Source: Octopus vulgaris (lineage: Eukaryota). Taken from it: a stretch of 64,000 bases of DNA. Positions 27,445 through 41,336 of this stretch are shown one piece after another (the first letter of the stretch is position 1; every line of letters starts with the position of its first letter). The notes under the pieces were generated by a model. That model was not told the DNA's origin, did no database searches, and worked only from the letters and a program-made list of their open reading frames with translations. Location: contig OX597822.1 of the NCBI GenBank assembly GCA_951406725.2, forward strand, positions 111,352,001 to 111,416,000. The letters run 5' to 3'. Position numbers and translations under genes: made by a program.

Positions 27445-29000
27445 AATAAAGGCTATAGATGAAATGAAAACAAACTCAGCTACTGGCTCGATGGATTCCC
27501 AGCAATCCTTCTAAAAGTAGGTAAGAGAGTCCTAGCAAGACCACTGCAGTTCCTCTTTCAGAGCTTCCTTGCAACGAGCAAGCTTCCAAGAAAACTGAAG
27601 GAAAGTAAAATATGCCCTATTCATAAAGGAGGTAGTAGAGCAGAGGCCAAGAACTACAGACCTATCTCTCTGACCTCACACATCAGCAAGGGAAATGGAA
27701 TGAATAGTCAGAAGGAAACTAATCACCTTCGTTGAAGAAAATGACTTGCTGCCTGACACCCAACATGGTTTCCAGCCAGGAAGAAGCTGTCTAACTCAGC
27801 TCCTACAACACTATGACTGGGTGTTGAAATGACTGCTCAACCACTCAAATATATCTCGACTTTGCAAATGCCTTTGATAAAGTCGATCATGGAATGATAT
27901 GTCACAAACTGCGTGATCTTAGCATAGTTGGAAAACTGGGAGAATGGCTTCATGACTTTCTGAAAGATAGAAGCCAGGTGGTAGTAGCCATAGTGAGCGG
28001 TGTTCCGCAAGGCACTGTTTTGGGACCACTACTGTTCATAATGGCCCTCTCAGACATGCCCTCATCCACGCAGAGAGCCACGATCACAGATGATACAAAA
28101 GTTTCACAGGCAATACAGAACCCTGAAGACACTATGCACCAGCAATGTGAGCTGGACAAAATATACAAGTGGGCTGTAAAGAATAGCATGCAGTTCAATG
28201 CTGAAAAATTTCAAGCTTTATGCTATCAGCATGCAAAACTAAATGCAATACCCAATAAATACACTGGACCTGGAGGGATTGCAATCCCAGAGGCACAATC
28301 AGTGCGAGACCTGGGTATTTACATGAGTGATGATGCAACCTTTCATGTGCATATTGTTAAATTAGCAATGACCGGATGGATTCTTAGAACCTTTTGAACA
28401 AGAGACCAGGAAACCATGATGGTCCTCTGGAGGATACTTGTCCTAAGCCACTTTGACTATTGCTCTCAGCTATGGTCACCATCCAGTGGCAAGTTAATCA
28501 CAGAACTTGAGGCGATCCAATGAAGCTACATGAAGAAGATAGCCTCTGTGCAGAATATAAGCTACTGGGAAAGACTCAAGAGATTAAGACTCTATTCCTT
28601 AGAACGTAGGCCAGAAAGATATGCCATAATATACATCTGGAAGATCCTAGAAGGACTTGTCCCAAACTTTGGCATCGAGAGTTACACAAATACTAGAACT
28701 GGGCGCCACTGCATAATGCCAAGGACTTCATATTTGCCATCAAGATGTAGGACAAGATACTGTGATAGCCTGGGCTTCAGAGGCCCACAGCTCTTCAATA
28801 TCCTCCCGAAGAACCTGAGAGACCTGCATGGGGTGAATGCAGATGTCTTTAAAATAAAACTGGATCTCTTCTTGTCAGGTGTCCCAGATGAACCAACTGC
28901 ACGGCAGGAGGTGCAGATGAGGGCAGCTGCATCGAACTCTCTCATGCACCAAATGGCAATTGCTAAAAAGCATTCGTGAAGTAAAATCATGTAGCAACAC
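27445..29000 (+). mobile_element. 5'-truncated CR1/L2-group LINE ORF2 (RT) with (TAT)n tail
   Basis: NYRPISLTS, QHGF..GRSC, YLDFANAFDKVDHG, SGVPQGTVLGPLLF, DDTK and LYSLERR motifs, with stops and frameshifts. Confidence 0.95.
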
Positions 29001-29073
<73 letters not shown>

Positions 29074-29075
<2 letters not shown>

Positions 29076-29455
29076 GGTGGTGAGCTGGCAGAATCGTTAG
29101 CACGCCGGGCAAAATGCTTTGCCGTATTTCGTCTGCCGTTATGTTCTGAGTACAAATTACGCCGAGGTCGACTCTGCCTTTCATCCTTTCGGGGTCGATA
29201 ATTTGAGTACCAGTTACGTACTGGGGTTGATGTAATCGACTTAATCCGTTTGTCTGTCCATTGTTTGTCCTCTCTCTGTTTAGCCCCTTGTGGGTAGTAA
29301 AGAAATAGGTATTTCGTCTGCCGCTACGTTCTGAGTTCAAATTCCGCCGAGGTCGACTTTGCCTCTCATCCTTTCGGGGTCGAGTCAAATACTGGTATAG
29401 ACTAGTCCCTTTCCCCAAAATTTTCTGGCCTTGCGCCTATAGTAAAAAGGATATT
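29074..29455 (+). mobile_element. SINE family B, two modules
   Basis: Head plus two core copies; sits in the LINE's (TAT)n tail. Confidence 0.9.
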
Positions 29456-29810
29456 TTTCTTTTCATCTTCCCCTCTCACTTTCACTAAACACATGTGTAA
29501 TAACATAATGCATCGGCTGGCTACCTGCTCTCTCACTGACTCTCATATCCCCTCTTCGTCTCCTTCACTCCAATTCCGCCTCTTCCCTAAAAAGCTAAGG
29601 TGTAAAGTGTGAACGACACATGGAATACTATAGATTAAGTTCAATATAAGTTGTACCTTCCACGATGAACACACCACCACTATCACTATAATTTTCAGTA
29701 ACAAAGTCCATTTCCTTTCACTTCAGCTCTTTGTTTATATCTAATTTTTCTTTCTGTCAAGGTTTCTCTACTCTGACAATAATGAAAAAATAAAATAATA
29801 AAAATAAATG

Positions 29811-30053
29811 CGCCCTTTTTTAAAGCCTAGCCAGGCTTCTAGGCCCGGTTTCCCGGTTCCAATGGTGTATGTGTGTCCCAGCTGGACTGGACGCCAGTCC
29901 ATCGCAGCGTTATTCATTTTTGCCAGCCGAATGGACTGGAGTAACGTGAAATGAAGTGTTTTGCTCAAGAAAACAACGCGTCGCCCGGTCCAGGAATCGA
30001 AACCACAATCTTACCATCATGATGCTGACACTCTAACCACTAAGCCACGCGCC
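29811..30053 (-). mobile_element. SINE family D (tRNA head, CORE/V-like body)
   Basis: Minus strand GGCGCGTGGCTTAGTGG A-box, GGTTTCGATTCC B-box, CTTGAGCAAAACACTT and GCGATGGACTGGCGTCC motifs. Confidence 0.8.
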
Positions 30054-30268
30054 ACCACCTACTCTCACAATACAAACGCAGTATGCCTCTATCACTCTTT
30101 CTCATTTAATTGTATATATTTTAATTGTTTGTTTATTCATACGTTTCGTCTTATTCGATACCCTGACCCCAATGTTTGTTTTGTCTGTCCCTCGTATCGT
30201 CCCCTCTTTTTCTCAACCTTATGGTGAATAAAGAAATACTCTCTCTCTCTCTTTCTCTCACTATCTAC

Positions 30269-30310
<42 letters not shown>

Positions 30311-30882
30311 ATAACTGCCCCCCTTGTCCTTTTCTCGCTCTTCCTTTCTTTTGGGCAAAACGTTATAATCTGATGAATTACTTACGTTTGTATTTCTTTT
30401 CTCTTTATATTTGCAGTTCTTATTTAATAAATACCTGAAACCCCGCCTGTATACTCGTGGAATTATGTAAGTGCACATTTATTGAAAGTTTTTAACCAGT
30501 TGTTTAGCATAGTTTGATTTACTTTGAATAGTATTTATCTATTATCATGAATAACACCGCATAAAAGCATAATTATGTTCAATAATGTATTACATGAATC
30601 AATGTTGGTTTTCTTTACGATTTACGTTTGCATGCTTCAAATGTTCTTCCTATAAAATGTAAATTTTCATTTCTTTCGACCAGATGTTTGAAATAGATAT
30701 TGATACAATTACGTATCGTGGAGAATATGATATCAATTCAAAGAGAAACAGCAACCGTAAGAATGCACACGAACGCACACACAACCACACAAGCGCACAA
30801 CTATGAATATGTTAGTACATTTACATGCAAACAACTATTAAAAAAGTGTCTAATCGTCAGTTAGCAATATTTCTGTATGCAC

Positions 30883-31285
30883 AAGGCGGCGAGCTGGCAG
30901 AAACGTTAGCGCGCCGGGCGAAATGCTTAGCGATATTTCGTCGGCCGCTACGTTCTGAGTTCAAATTCCGCCGAGGTTCACTCTGCTTTTCATCCTTTCG
31001 AGGTCGATTAAATTAAGTACCAGTTACGCACTGGATTCGATATAATCAACTTGATCCGTGTGTCTGTCTTTGTTTGTCCTCTCTGTGTTTAGCCCCTTGT
31101 GGGTAGTAAAGAAATAGGTATTTCGTCTGTCTTTATGTTCTGAGTTCAAATTACACCGAGGTCGACATTATCTTTCATCCTTTCGGGGTCGATAAATTAA
31201 GTACCAGTTGCATACTGGGGTCGATCTAATCGACTGGTCCGGTCCATAAAAATCTCGGGCGTTGTGCGTAGAGTAGAAAAGAATA
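30883..31285 (+). mobile_element. SINE family B, two modules, full length
   Basis: Head AAGGCGGCGAGCTGGCAG, two cores, tail GTAGAAAAGAAT. Confidence 0.92.
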
Positions 31286-31337
31286 TCCCTACAAGCATAG
31301 CGATGTACATGTGACTGTGTGCATATATAGGAATATG

Positions 31338-31570
31338 TATTTCTTTACTACCCACAAGGTGCTAAACACAGAGGGGACAAACAAGGACAGACAAACGGGT
31401 TAAGTCGATTACATCGATCCCAGTGCGTAACTGGTACTTAATTTATCGACCCCGAAAGGAGGAAAGGCAAAGTCGACCTCGGCGGAATTTGAACTCACAA
31501 CGTAACGGCAGACGAAATACCGCTAAGCATTTCGCCCGGCGTGCTAACGTTTCTGCCAGCTCGCCGCCTT
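31338..31570 (-). mobile_element. SINE family B, one module
   Basis: Reverse complement of 30883-31120; flanking repeat ATATAGGAATATGTAT (31325-31340 and 31582-31597). Confidence 0.92.
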
Positions 31571-31651
31571 GGAATATAGGAATATAGGAATATGTATATA
31601 TGAGTATGTATATACATACGCACACATATTCCTACACACACTCACACGCAA

Positions 31652-31704
<53 letters not shown>

Positions 31705-31724
31705 AATTATCGTATATATTATCA

Positions 31725-32190
31725 TCTATATATAGTAAAATCTATTTGTGAACGTAACGTGGCAGTCTTGCGTAGGACCATAATACTACCATTTAATCCC
31801 AGGAAAACATATTTTGCAGCTGATTTTCGACACGCGACGAGTGTCTGAAGTACACCGGGAGCAAAGGAGCGTACTAATCCATCCAAGCCACTAGCACTAC
31901 CAAAAGGTACTTCCTCGCCCACCGTTCTGGAAAACCGCTGGCTGGAAACAGCACCTAATTCGACCCTTCTCACAGAATATAAATATAGAAGTGACAGACA
32001 GTCATTGATCTCGTAATGTGTAAAATAGGTAATTTTAAATCTTTGAATGAGATGTAAGTAGAAACTATGCTTCAGAGTAAAATCTAATTCCCAACGTAAG
32101 GTGGCAGGTCTGCGTAGGACCCTGCACCGCATTAGCGACGGAACCAGTATTAGCGAGCGACGAAAACAGTAGGAGGTTTAAAAACAATCT
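31725..32190 (+). mobile_element. Possible Helitron-like 5' fragment with 29-bp internal direct repeats
   Basis: A|TCTATATATAGTAAAA start; AACGTAA.GTGGCAG...GCGTAGGACC at 31751-31779 and 32093-32121; no 3' CTAG end found. Confidence 0.4.
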
Positions 32191-32365
32191 TAAGCTATTG
32201 TTTATCTATCTATCTATATATATATATATATATATAAATATATAGAAATACAATTAAGGGCTCATATTTTTCTATATGAATAATATTTTGTCTTATGACT
32301 AATTCGTCTTTTGTGCTGGGCACCTGGTAGTAACCAATATTACTATCCTTCTTGTTTATATTCGC

Positions 32366-32451
<86 letters not shown>

Positions 32452-32570
32452 GTTTGTCTGTCTATCTGTCATGTCTCTGTAGCTTTATTAATAAAGCATA
32501 TTACTCTGCCTCGGGTATTCGAGTACAATTTTTCCACCTTCTTTCACGTTTATTTGGTGGTATCTATCTA

Positions 32571-32625
<55 letters not shown>

Positions 32626-33625
32626 AGCATTCACAAAAAGACGAAGGCTGGTGGTGTAGACAGCAAACAGATGTACTGTTGAACGCCTGTTTCTATTAAT
32701 AGCTACACTAAAACAATATTCAGAAGAAAGATATAATGTGCCCCCCTGGAATAGAAGGGATTCCTATACATCTTCTTGGGTTTAAATAGATACCAGATTC
32801 TTGCCGAAATAATTTTCAATATTGTGGAAGTGATTCAAAACTTTGGAGGATCTACAATAGAATACAGGCATGACTAATATAATTAATTTTGTTTTACTGG
32901 TCTTTGTCAAAGAAGTGTACCATTTAGATTACTTCTGTGTAGGGATGCGATGTCGGCAAGTTCTGAGTTCTTATAATGAATTGAGGAACGATTTCTCTAA
33001 AAGTTGCATTGAAGTGAAGTTCTGAATTTGAAAAAAAATACATTGTAGATTGCTAGAGCTCATCTTCGTGTGATAGGTGTGTGTGAGAAAGACAATTCCC
33101 ATTAATTTTATTTTACTCCAGAAGAACGTCAGGAAAAGTTGACGTAGTTAAATATTTGAAATGAAAACGCCAAGTGATGAACAGTAATTATAACACCGAT
33201 TTCTAGTAGTAGAAAGCTTCCTCTGGTACAAGCGGGAAGCAGGAGAATTTTGCAGAGAGAGAGAACACATTATTTTTTTTTTGGTTCATGAAGCGAACAT
33301 TGGCTTAATGGTGCGAGAGGTATATCTCTTAACAATTCTAAAGCCTCTTTCCATGGGACGTTTGTGTTCGTCTCCCTCTTGGATGAATCATGTAAGCTTG
33401 CATGAATTCTGGAAGGGACAAACAAATATCCATATGATGTGATACGACTTATTGATTATCTGTTATCGCCATATTGATATGGCATTCTTATAGATATAAG
33501 AATAATCGCTGCCGCTGGTCAGCTCCATGAGGCCACCGCCATCAAGATAGCTATTGATACACGATCTGTATCCATTATAACCTTCGAACAAGGGAGGTCA
33601 GCCGCTTCACACTGCCAGTCCGACA

Positions 33626-33667
33626 GCTACAGACGCGTTTCGGGGTATTGCCCCTTGTCAATGTAGC
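33626..33667 (-). ncRNA. Minimal type I hammerhead ribozyme, U3-A8 core variant
   Basis: gctaca-TTGACAA-gggg(caata)cccc-GAAA-CGCG-TC-tgtagc; perfect stems I and II, GUC triplet; imperfect stem I extension over 33577-33720. Confidence 0.85.
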
Positions 33668-34027
33668 GCAGTCAGACCCCGCAGGCGTCGTCACTGACGT
33701 CTCTGTTCGAAGGCTTATATTTACCTAGTTTCAGTGGAATACATCCACTTGTTTTCAATATATTATAGAGACTTAGTAATTTTAATATTTCTATTATTGA
33801 TTATCGTTTCCCTTGTATTCAGTTTTATCATTCTTATATATGTAGTGGGTTTACAAGTTGGCATACATCATATAAGGTCATGGAAATGTGTGATGCCTAC
33901 ATAAATGTGTGATGGAGAGCTCATATATAAAAAGTATATGTATTTGTACGTATATGTACCAATGTATTCGTACACACATGTGCATACACATTTATACGTG
34001 TATCCTAGTATACACATTTATACGCGC

Positions 34028-34443
<416 letters not shown>

Positions 34444-35392
34444 TATATGCGCGCGCATGTGTGTGTGTGCGCGTGTGTGAGTGTGCATGCGTATACGAAT
34501 GTATGTATGTAAACACTCATGCGCATATACTTCTTTGTATCAGTTACTCAATTACATGAGTTAAGTAAATAGTTTCAGCATCTGACTAAACTCAACGACC
34601 TTATATTTTATTAGGTGGGGGAGTCTGGGCGGATAGCAGGTATCTATTTCTACAGATAGTTTGACTAGCTTCTAAGGCATTAATGGAAAATAACGTAAAA
34701 TGCCATTAACTGAAAATAGAAACTGCGATGCGGTTTGCGCAGACGTATCGTTTGCTCTACGGTACTCGCCAAAGATAAATGAATAGTAAATTGATTTCTC
34801 AATATAGCGTTGCTAAATTTGTTAATACTTATCTAAAATGACAATATGGCGGCCGTATCTGTTGCAGTGATCAATCAACAGTCAGCTACATATCATAGTA
34901 TGTCACCGAGATAAATATTTCCAGCTTCTTTAAAAGAAATTAACTCATGAATATGATACTCAAAAAGGAAATACAGGCAGCATATTCTAACAGATTTTTT
35001 CTTTCTAATCTCAATAGTTAAAGTGTAAGATTTATTAGCGCAAAGTGAACAAATGACAAGAATTTGACATGGAGACAGAATAGAAATTGATATCACTAAC
35101 ATATATGTAGGAATTGGTTCAGTAGAAAATTTCTGAATCAGATCATCTCATAATCCAGAAAAAGCAAGAATGCAATATTTTTATTTCAATGTTTTTCTTT
35201 TTTATAAAGAATATTTTTTCTTAGATATAAAGACACTAGCACGAATGGTTAGATGAGGCGACTTGGTTATGTACTGAAAGCTATTACAGCATCATGTGCC
35301 ACAACACTCTCTGAAAGCCAATGCTGTTTTCATAGATCTGTGTATTAGATAACTGATAGTTACACACACACACACACATACACACACACACA

Positions 35393-35423
<31 letters not shown>

Positions 35424-36569
35424 TCGAGGACACTCACACTTTCCTACCAATAATAATGTCGTCCATTGTTCAGCAATTATTTAATTGTCATCCACCCTAG
35501 TAAATACCATGAATGATAGCCTCTCTAACAGGCGTTCAACATAAATTGTCTAAGGCTCACGAAGTATTTATACGACAGACATATCTTGAAATCTACTTCA
35601 TCTCCAATAATCTATTCTAATCTCAATATTAAGAGATTTCCCTTTGGTATGAAAATCAGCGCTTACTTACATTAACCGTATCTACATAGACAATCCAGTT
35701 AATGTACAATTTATTGCTGTTCAGTAAGATGTATATTGACTTACACTTCCGTTATAATAATGTGACGCATATCAACCAAAATGAAACGTTAATCATTTGT
35801 AAGTAGATTTTATATACTCTACCTCAGCACAGCGGCTGAAGTTTAGAATTCTCATCTTCATAATTATACTTTAATGAACCTGGTGGTTTAGTGTTGCTGC
35901 TTACCATATCAGCACACCAATCACAATTCGCATGTCAATAGTTTAAGTAATGACGTATATTAAATGATAATTATAAAAGCATGTCGTTGTATATTGCTCG
36001 GCATATATGTTTATCGTGTCATGAAACAATATTCAGACTGACAGGTTGATCTGCTATGTGGGTGGGTATAGAAATGAAAGACTTCTTTAATAATAAATTC
36101 AGTAAACAGTAGGACCCACAAGAACTACTGATGTTTTATATCGACAAATAAGGAGAATAAACAGTTCAATGCATCATAAATTGATTTGCCGTACATAAGA
36201 GGAAAAAAGATGTAACATTAGTCGAGAAATGATATTTCTGAAAGTACCGAATACATGTGTTGAAGAGAGAGAGAAAGAGAGAGAGAGAGAGACAGGGGTT
36301 GGAGAAAGGAAGAAATGGCGAGATATACAAAGAGCAAAGTTGAATTAGAACAAATACTGAAAAATAAAATGGAGAAATACAAAAGTGAAGATCATTGTAA
36401 GGTTTCTCCGATTTTTTTATGTAGGGCCTGCAGTAGGATACAGCGACACCATCAATAGAAATGTGGCCCATGGATTGACCTGATAAACTGAATTATGTCG
36501 CTAATCTTTGGAAAGGCTGATTAGAAGCAAAGGTGTTGAAGATATACAGGTGCGCTTATTAATAGATAT

Positions 36570-37282
36570 GATAGTCAACTTAAAACTTCAAAAGCTGACC
36601 AAGATATTCTCATGGAATGTGATCCAATGAGGTTTTTTTCTAACTATAGCCCTCCTTGCGATCCTTCGGTGTTACAGTGCTTGGAGCCCATTAATAAAGG
36701 AGCACTTATCTTATTGCTCAAAATATCATCAACAGGAAATATGGCATCACCACTGCGATACTTTGTCCCAGCCAAGTGCTCTTTCATGTTGGGGGAAAGA
36801 CGATACGCAGTTGGAGTGAAACCAGAGAGGCTGGTTAGCAGATCAGTTATTGAAACCAAGGCTTTGTGTGCTGGAACATCGTCCTGATGTACCAAGACTC
36901 TTTCGTAAGGTTTCCTGAGCGTTTGGCATTGAACTTTTGTAGCTGTCTCATCAATTATGCATTGTACGTTCTATTGATAGTGTGTCCCTGTTGAAGATAA
37001 GCACATTGCCTTGTGCCTGCCAAAAATCTGAAGCCATCACATTCTATGCAGATGAAATAACTTTGGCCTTCTTTAAGAGTAGGTGAGAAGAGGTGTTTCC
37101 ACTGCATAAATTATCTATTTTGTCTCTGGTTGAAAGTGATGCAATCAACTCCCATCCTCGGTTACGAAACGCCCGCGGAAACCAGCTGGATCTGCCTCAA
37201 ACATTGTGATCAGCTTGGTGCACTCGTGATTAGGTGTCAGAAGACATGATACCCACCTAAGAGCAACCTTTGTTGTGCCAGA
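36570..37282 (-). mobile_element. Mariner transposase remnant, 5' part missing
   Basis: Minus strand KVALRWVSCLLT, FVTEDGS*LHHFQPETK, MQWKH..SP..KKAK, VMASDFWQAQG, VHQDDVPAHK, PNMKEHLAG: decayed WVPRLL / D,D motifs. Confidence 0.9.
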
Positions 37283-37284
37283 GC

Positions 37285-37803
37285 CGTTAGACTAGACGAG
37301 GTAAGGTAGCGAATGCGGGAGGAATATTGTCTTTGACAAAGAGAAAAGATAAAAGAGGAGACAGATAAGAATGCGTCTGGTCTGTACGACACAGTGAAGG
37401 AAAGGAAAGATAATCACGTGAGGATAAGAAAGATGGGCGATGGTCACGTGTTAGGAACGAGAGAGAGAGAGTAAAAGAGAAAGAGGAAGAGAGAAATAAA
37501 TAGAAAACAGTGAATGGCAGCAAAAAAGAATTAGAGAAAGTATGAGAAAGTAAAAACAAAAGGGGGAGAAGCGAAAGAATTGGAGAAAGGAAGAGAGGGA
37601 AAACGAAAGTGGGAGAGAGCGAACAGTACAGAGTAGAGTCGCATCAAAATTATTAAGAAAAACTTAATTAAGATGGATAGCCGACAGCTGAGGAAAGGTC
37701 GTTATTTATGCTAATTGTCTTGCTTTCCATTTGTTTCTCTCGCTGTTCGCATACCCTAATTTGTCTTCGTATTTCATGTTGTTTACGTTTTCAGACGGCC
37801 TGG

Positions 37804-37810
<7 letters not shown>
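37285..37810. mobile_element. 5'-inverted copy of the 38985-39640 repeat
   Basis: 37285-37670 is the reverse complement of ~38985-39308; 37671-37810 is a direct match to ~39470-39640. Confidence 0.75.
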
Positions 37811-37876
<66 letters not shown>

Positions 37877-37878
<2 letters not shown>

Positions 37879-38693
37879 CAATAAGAGGCTTCCAAATAAG
37901 GAAGCGTTGTGCTAGAACACAAAAAGGGATAAATTCATGAAAGGAATGAAAATTAAAAACATTTACCATCTCACCTATATCCCAGACCGACGGTTCCTAA
38001 CTATTTCCAGCAAATATATATATTTTTTTAAAGTATACTAGCCATCTCAATATGGCTAACCACTAGAGGTGGGTGTTACTGTAGCTTTTTAGCCCCAGGA
38101 GATCATCGTCTCCAGCTGGCTTTAGACACAATATCTGTGCCCTTATGATATTTGCAAAGGGAGGTCATCCCCTCTCGAAAACCTAAGTGATACGCATGGA
38201 TTGCAGTTTCGAGATTATTGTCTCTTGTCAACACACGCTAATCACCGGTTTTTCGATGAGGAGAGACCTGTTTGCGAATATCTATTTAAAGTTTTTCCCA
38301 GTAACCACTATCACTGATTTCGAAAAACGGTCTGAAAGCGTATCACTTAGGTTTTCGAGAGGGGATGACCTCCCTTTGCAAATATCATAAGAGCACATGT
38401 GTCTAAAGCCAGCTGGAGGCGATGATCTCCTGGAGCTAAAAAGCTACAGTAACACCCACCCCTAGTGGTTAGCCATATTGAGATGGCTAGTATACTTCAC
38501 GTTGTCGAGCGCTTACTGTTTACATCTCGTTCAGAGACTTATTATTGCTTATATATTTTTTGTTTGCTGGAAATAGTTAGAACCGTCGGTCTGGGATATA
38601 GATGAGATGGTAAATGTTTTTAATTTTCATTCCTTTCATGAATTTATCCCTTTTTGTGTTCTAGCACAACGCTTCCTTATTTGGAAACCTCTT

Positions 38694-38700
<7 letters not shown>
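37877..38700. mobile_element. Foldback PLE-type element: long inverted arms around an HHR
   Basis: 37877-38013 pairs with 38563-38700 and 38031-38195 with 38338-38497, both near-identical; flanked by (TA)/(GA)n tracts. Confidence 0.8.
38192..38238 (-). ncRNA. Type I hammerhead ribozyme, U3-A8 core variant
   Basis: gcgtgtg-TTGACAA-gaga(caataa)tctc-GAAA-CTGCAA-TC-catgcgt. Stem III looks like palindromic CTGCAG with one substitution, so this copy may be impaired. Confidence 0.7.
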
Positions 38701-38769
<69 letters not shown>

Positions 38770-38984
38770 AATGACTAATTCGTTTTTTGTGCTAGGCCAC
38801 TGGTAATAATAATTTATTATTACCCTATTTTATTATGTTTATATGTATATATATATATATATATAAATGGACATATATATGTATGTACATATATGTATGT
38901 ATATATCCACACACACACACATATATATACATACATACATATTTTATTTCTATTATATGATAGAACACCAACCTTCCATTTCCA

Positions 38985-39640
38985 ATTAGGTTTATCTTAA
39001 TAATTTTGATGCGACTCTAGCCTTTACTGTTCTCTGTCCTCCTTTCGTTTTCTCACTCTTCCTTTCTTTAATTGTTTTTTCTTCTCTTCACCGTTTTCTA
39101 TCTGTATGTCTTTCTCTTTCTCCTTTACTCTCTCTCGTTGTTCACACGTGACCGTCATCCATATTTTTTCCTCAGTTGATCATGTTAATTTTCCTTCTGT
39201 CTGCCGTACAGACCAGACATATTCTTATCTGTCACCTCTTCTATGTTTCCTCTTGTCAAAGACAATATTCCTCCGGTGTTCGCTACCTTACCTCATCTGA
39301 CCTAACGGGCCTACATCTTTGTTTCCGATTATTTGTTGTATGCCTCCACTCTCCTGGGGTTTTTTTTACCAGCTTTGCCCCACCCCACAAATCCCAAATT
39401 TTATTTTGTTTCAAGGGAGCAACTACATTTCGAAGACTCATATTGTCGTCAAATGCTCGAAATGAAGAGTAGATGGAGAGCCGAGAACGGCTGAAGGGTC
39501 GTTCTTTATGTTACTTGTCTTGTTTTTCATTTGTCCCTCTCGTTGTTTGGATACCCAAGTTTGTCTTCGCATTTCACGTTGTTTTCGTATTTCGTGTTTC
39601 ATGTTCTTTACGTTTTGTGACGTCCTGTACCCATATATTC
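38985..39640 (+). mobile_element. Unclassified non-coding interspersed repeat ending in (TA)n
   Basis: Second, rearranged copy at 37285-37810. Confidence 0.6.
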
Positions 39641-39712
<72 letters not shown>

Positions 39713-40906
39713 GCACATACTTATATATATATATATATGTGAGTGTGTATCCGTGCGTAAACGTCCCTTTGCGCGTGTGTTTGTTTGAAATCATAGTTGA
39801 ATAGTTGCATAAATTAGCATGCATTTGAGCTAAATTGATGCAAAATGGGAGAAGATATATTTAGAGCTGAAAGATATATTTAGAATTCCCATTCTTCATG
39901 TGTTCGAAAGGCGCCTAACAAATGGAAACTGCAATCTGTGAATGGTTACTCGCGAGATTCTAACACTATATATATATATATATATATATAGTGTTAAAAC
40001 GCATCCGTTAGATTCTCATGTTATAGTTTCACTGCATATATACAATTGCAAACACATTGATATATTTTTATTTTTATTTTTATTTTCCGTCTGTCTCACC
40101 ATTATTATTCTTGATATTCTTGTTCCCGTTCACAACTTGGTTTGTAAATTACCCGATTTCCCTTATTGCAACATCTGTGTTTTCTTATTGTATCTTATTT
40201 TATTATTATTTTATTTTATTGTTATCTCATTTTACTTCATCTTATTAAACTGTTTTGATGTTCTTCAAAGGATTCCTCACCCATGAGAATAACAATGCAT
40301 AAATAAAATTTTAAATTTTATATTTATTTTTTATTTTTTTTTTTTTTTTTCAATTATAGTCACTATGATTGAAAATTTTCTTACCTTTTTGCCTTGTTTT
40401 TCGAAACGTACGTATGAATTGAATCCATATTTATAATAAATCAATTTATGTTCCAACACCTTTTCTCTATTTTTTATACTTGTTTATGGTATATTCTTAT
40501 ACCTTTAACGAATCACCTGAAATTTTATTTTCGTTTTCTTATTACCTGTTTTGGCTGATTTTCGTGAATATGGTGAATCCTTATTAGAAATCACCTTTTC
40601 CCTCTTTTTGGATCCACCAAAATGTTTGAATCGTTGTTTTTGAACTTACATTTTCTCTTATATATATATACACACATATATATGTATGTATATAAATATA
40701 TACATATATATAGTGAGAAGGAGAGAGAGAGAGAGAGGAGATAAAGAGAGAGAGAGGAGATAAAGAGAGAGAGAGAGGGAGAGAGGGGGGGGAGATAAAC
40801 GACATTTAGAGTGAGATTTAGGCAGGCATATTTATGTTTGCATACATACATATTTTTGTGTATAAGTGTTTGCGTTTTTGTGTGTGTATAGATACTCATA
40901 TATACT

Positions 40907-40970
<64 letters not shown>

Positions 40971-41279
40971 GTATATAGAGGTGTGTGTATGTTATGTTCA
41001 TATATGTGTCTTTAGTTTTGTGCTTGTGAATGCTATTTGTGACGTTTATCGCATGAAAAAAAAATGCGCTTTATTGAATTGGATAAATAATTGTCAAAAC
41101 GCATTTTATACTTCATTTCTTCCTAATAAATCGTAAGCTTGCAAATCAACTTAGTTTACATCTGTGGACATTCGTAAGTATTATTCTCTACATTTCCGCA
41201 CACTGAAGTACATTTATACATAATAGAAGTTAGTGGCTTTCTCTCTCCTTCCTCCTCTCCCCTATCTCACACATACACA

Positions 41280-41333
<54 letters not shown>

Positions 41334-41336
<3 letters not shown>

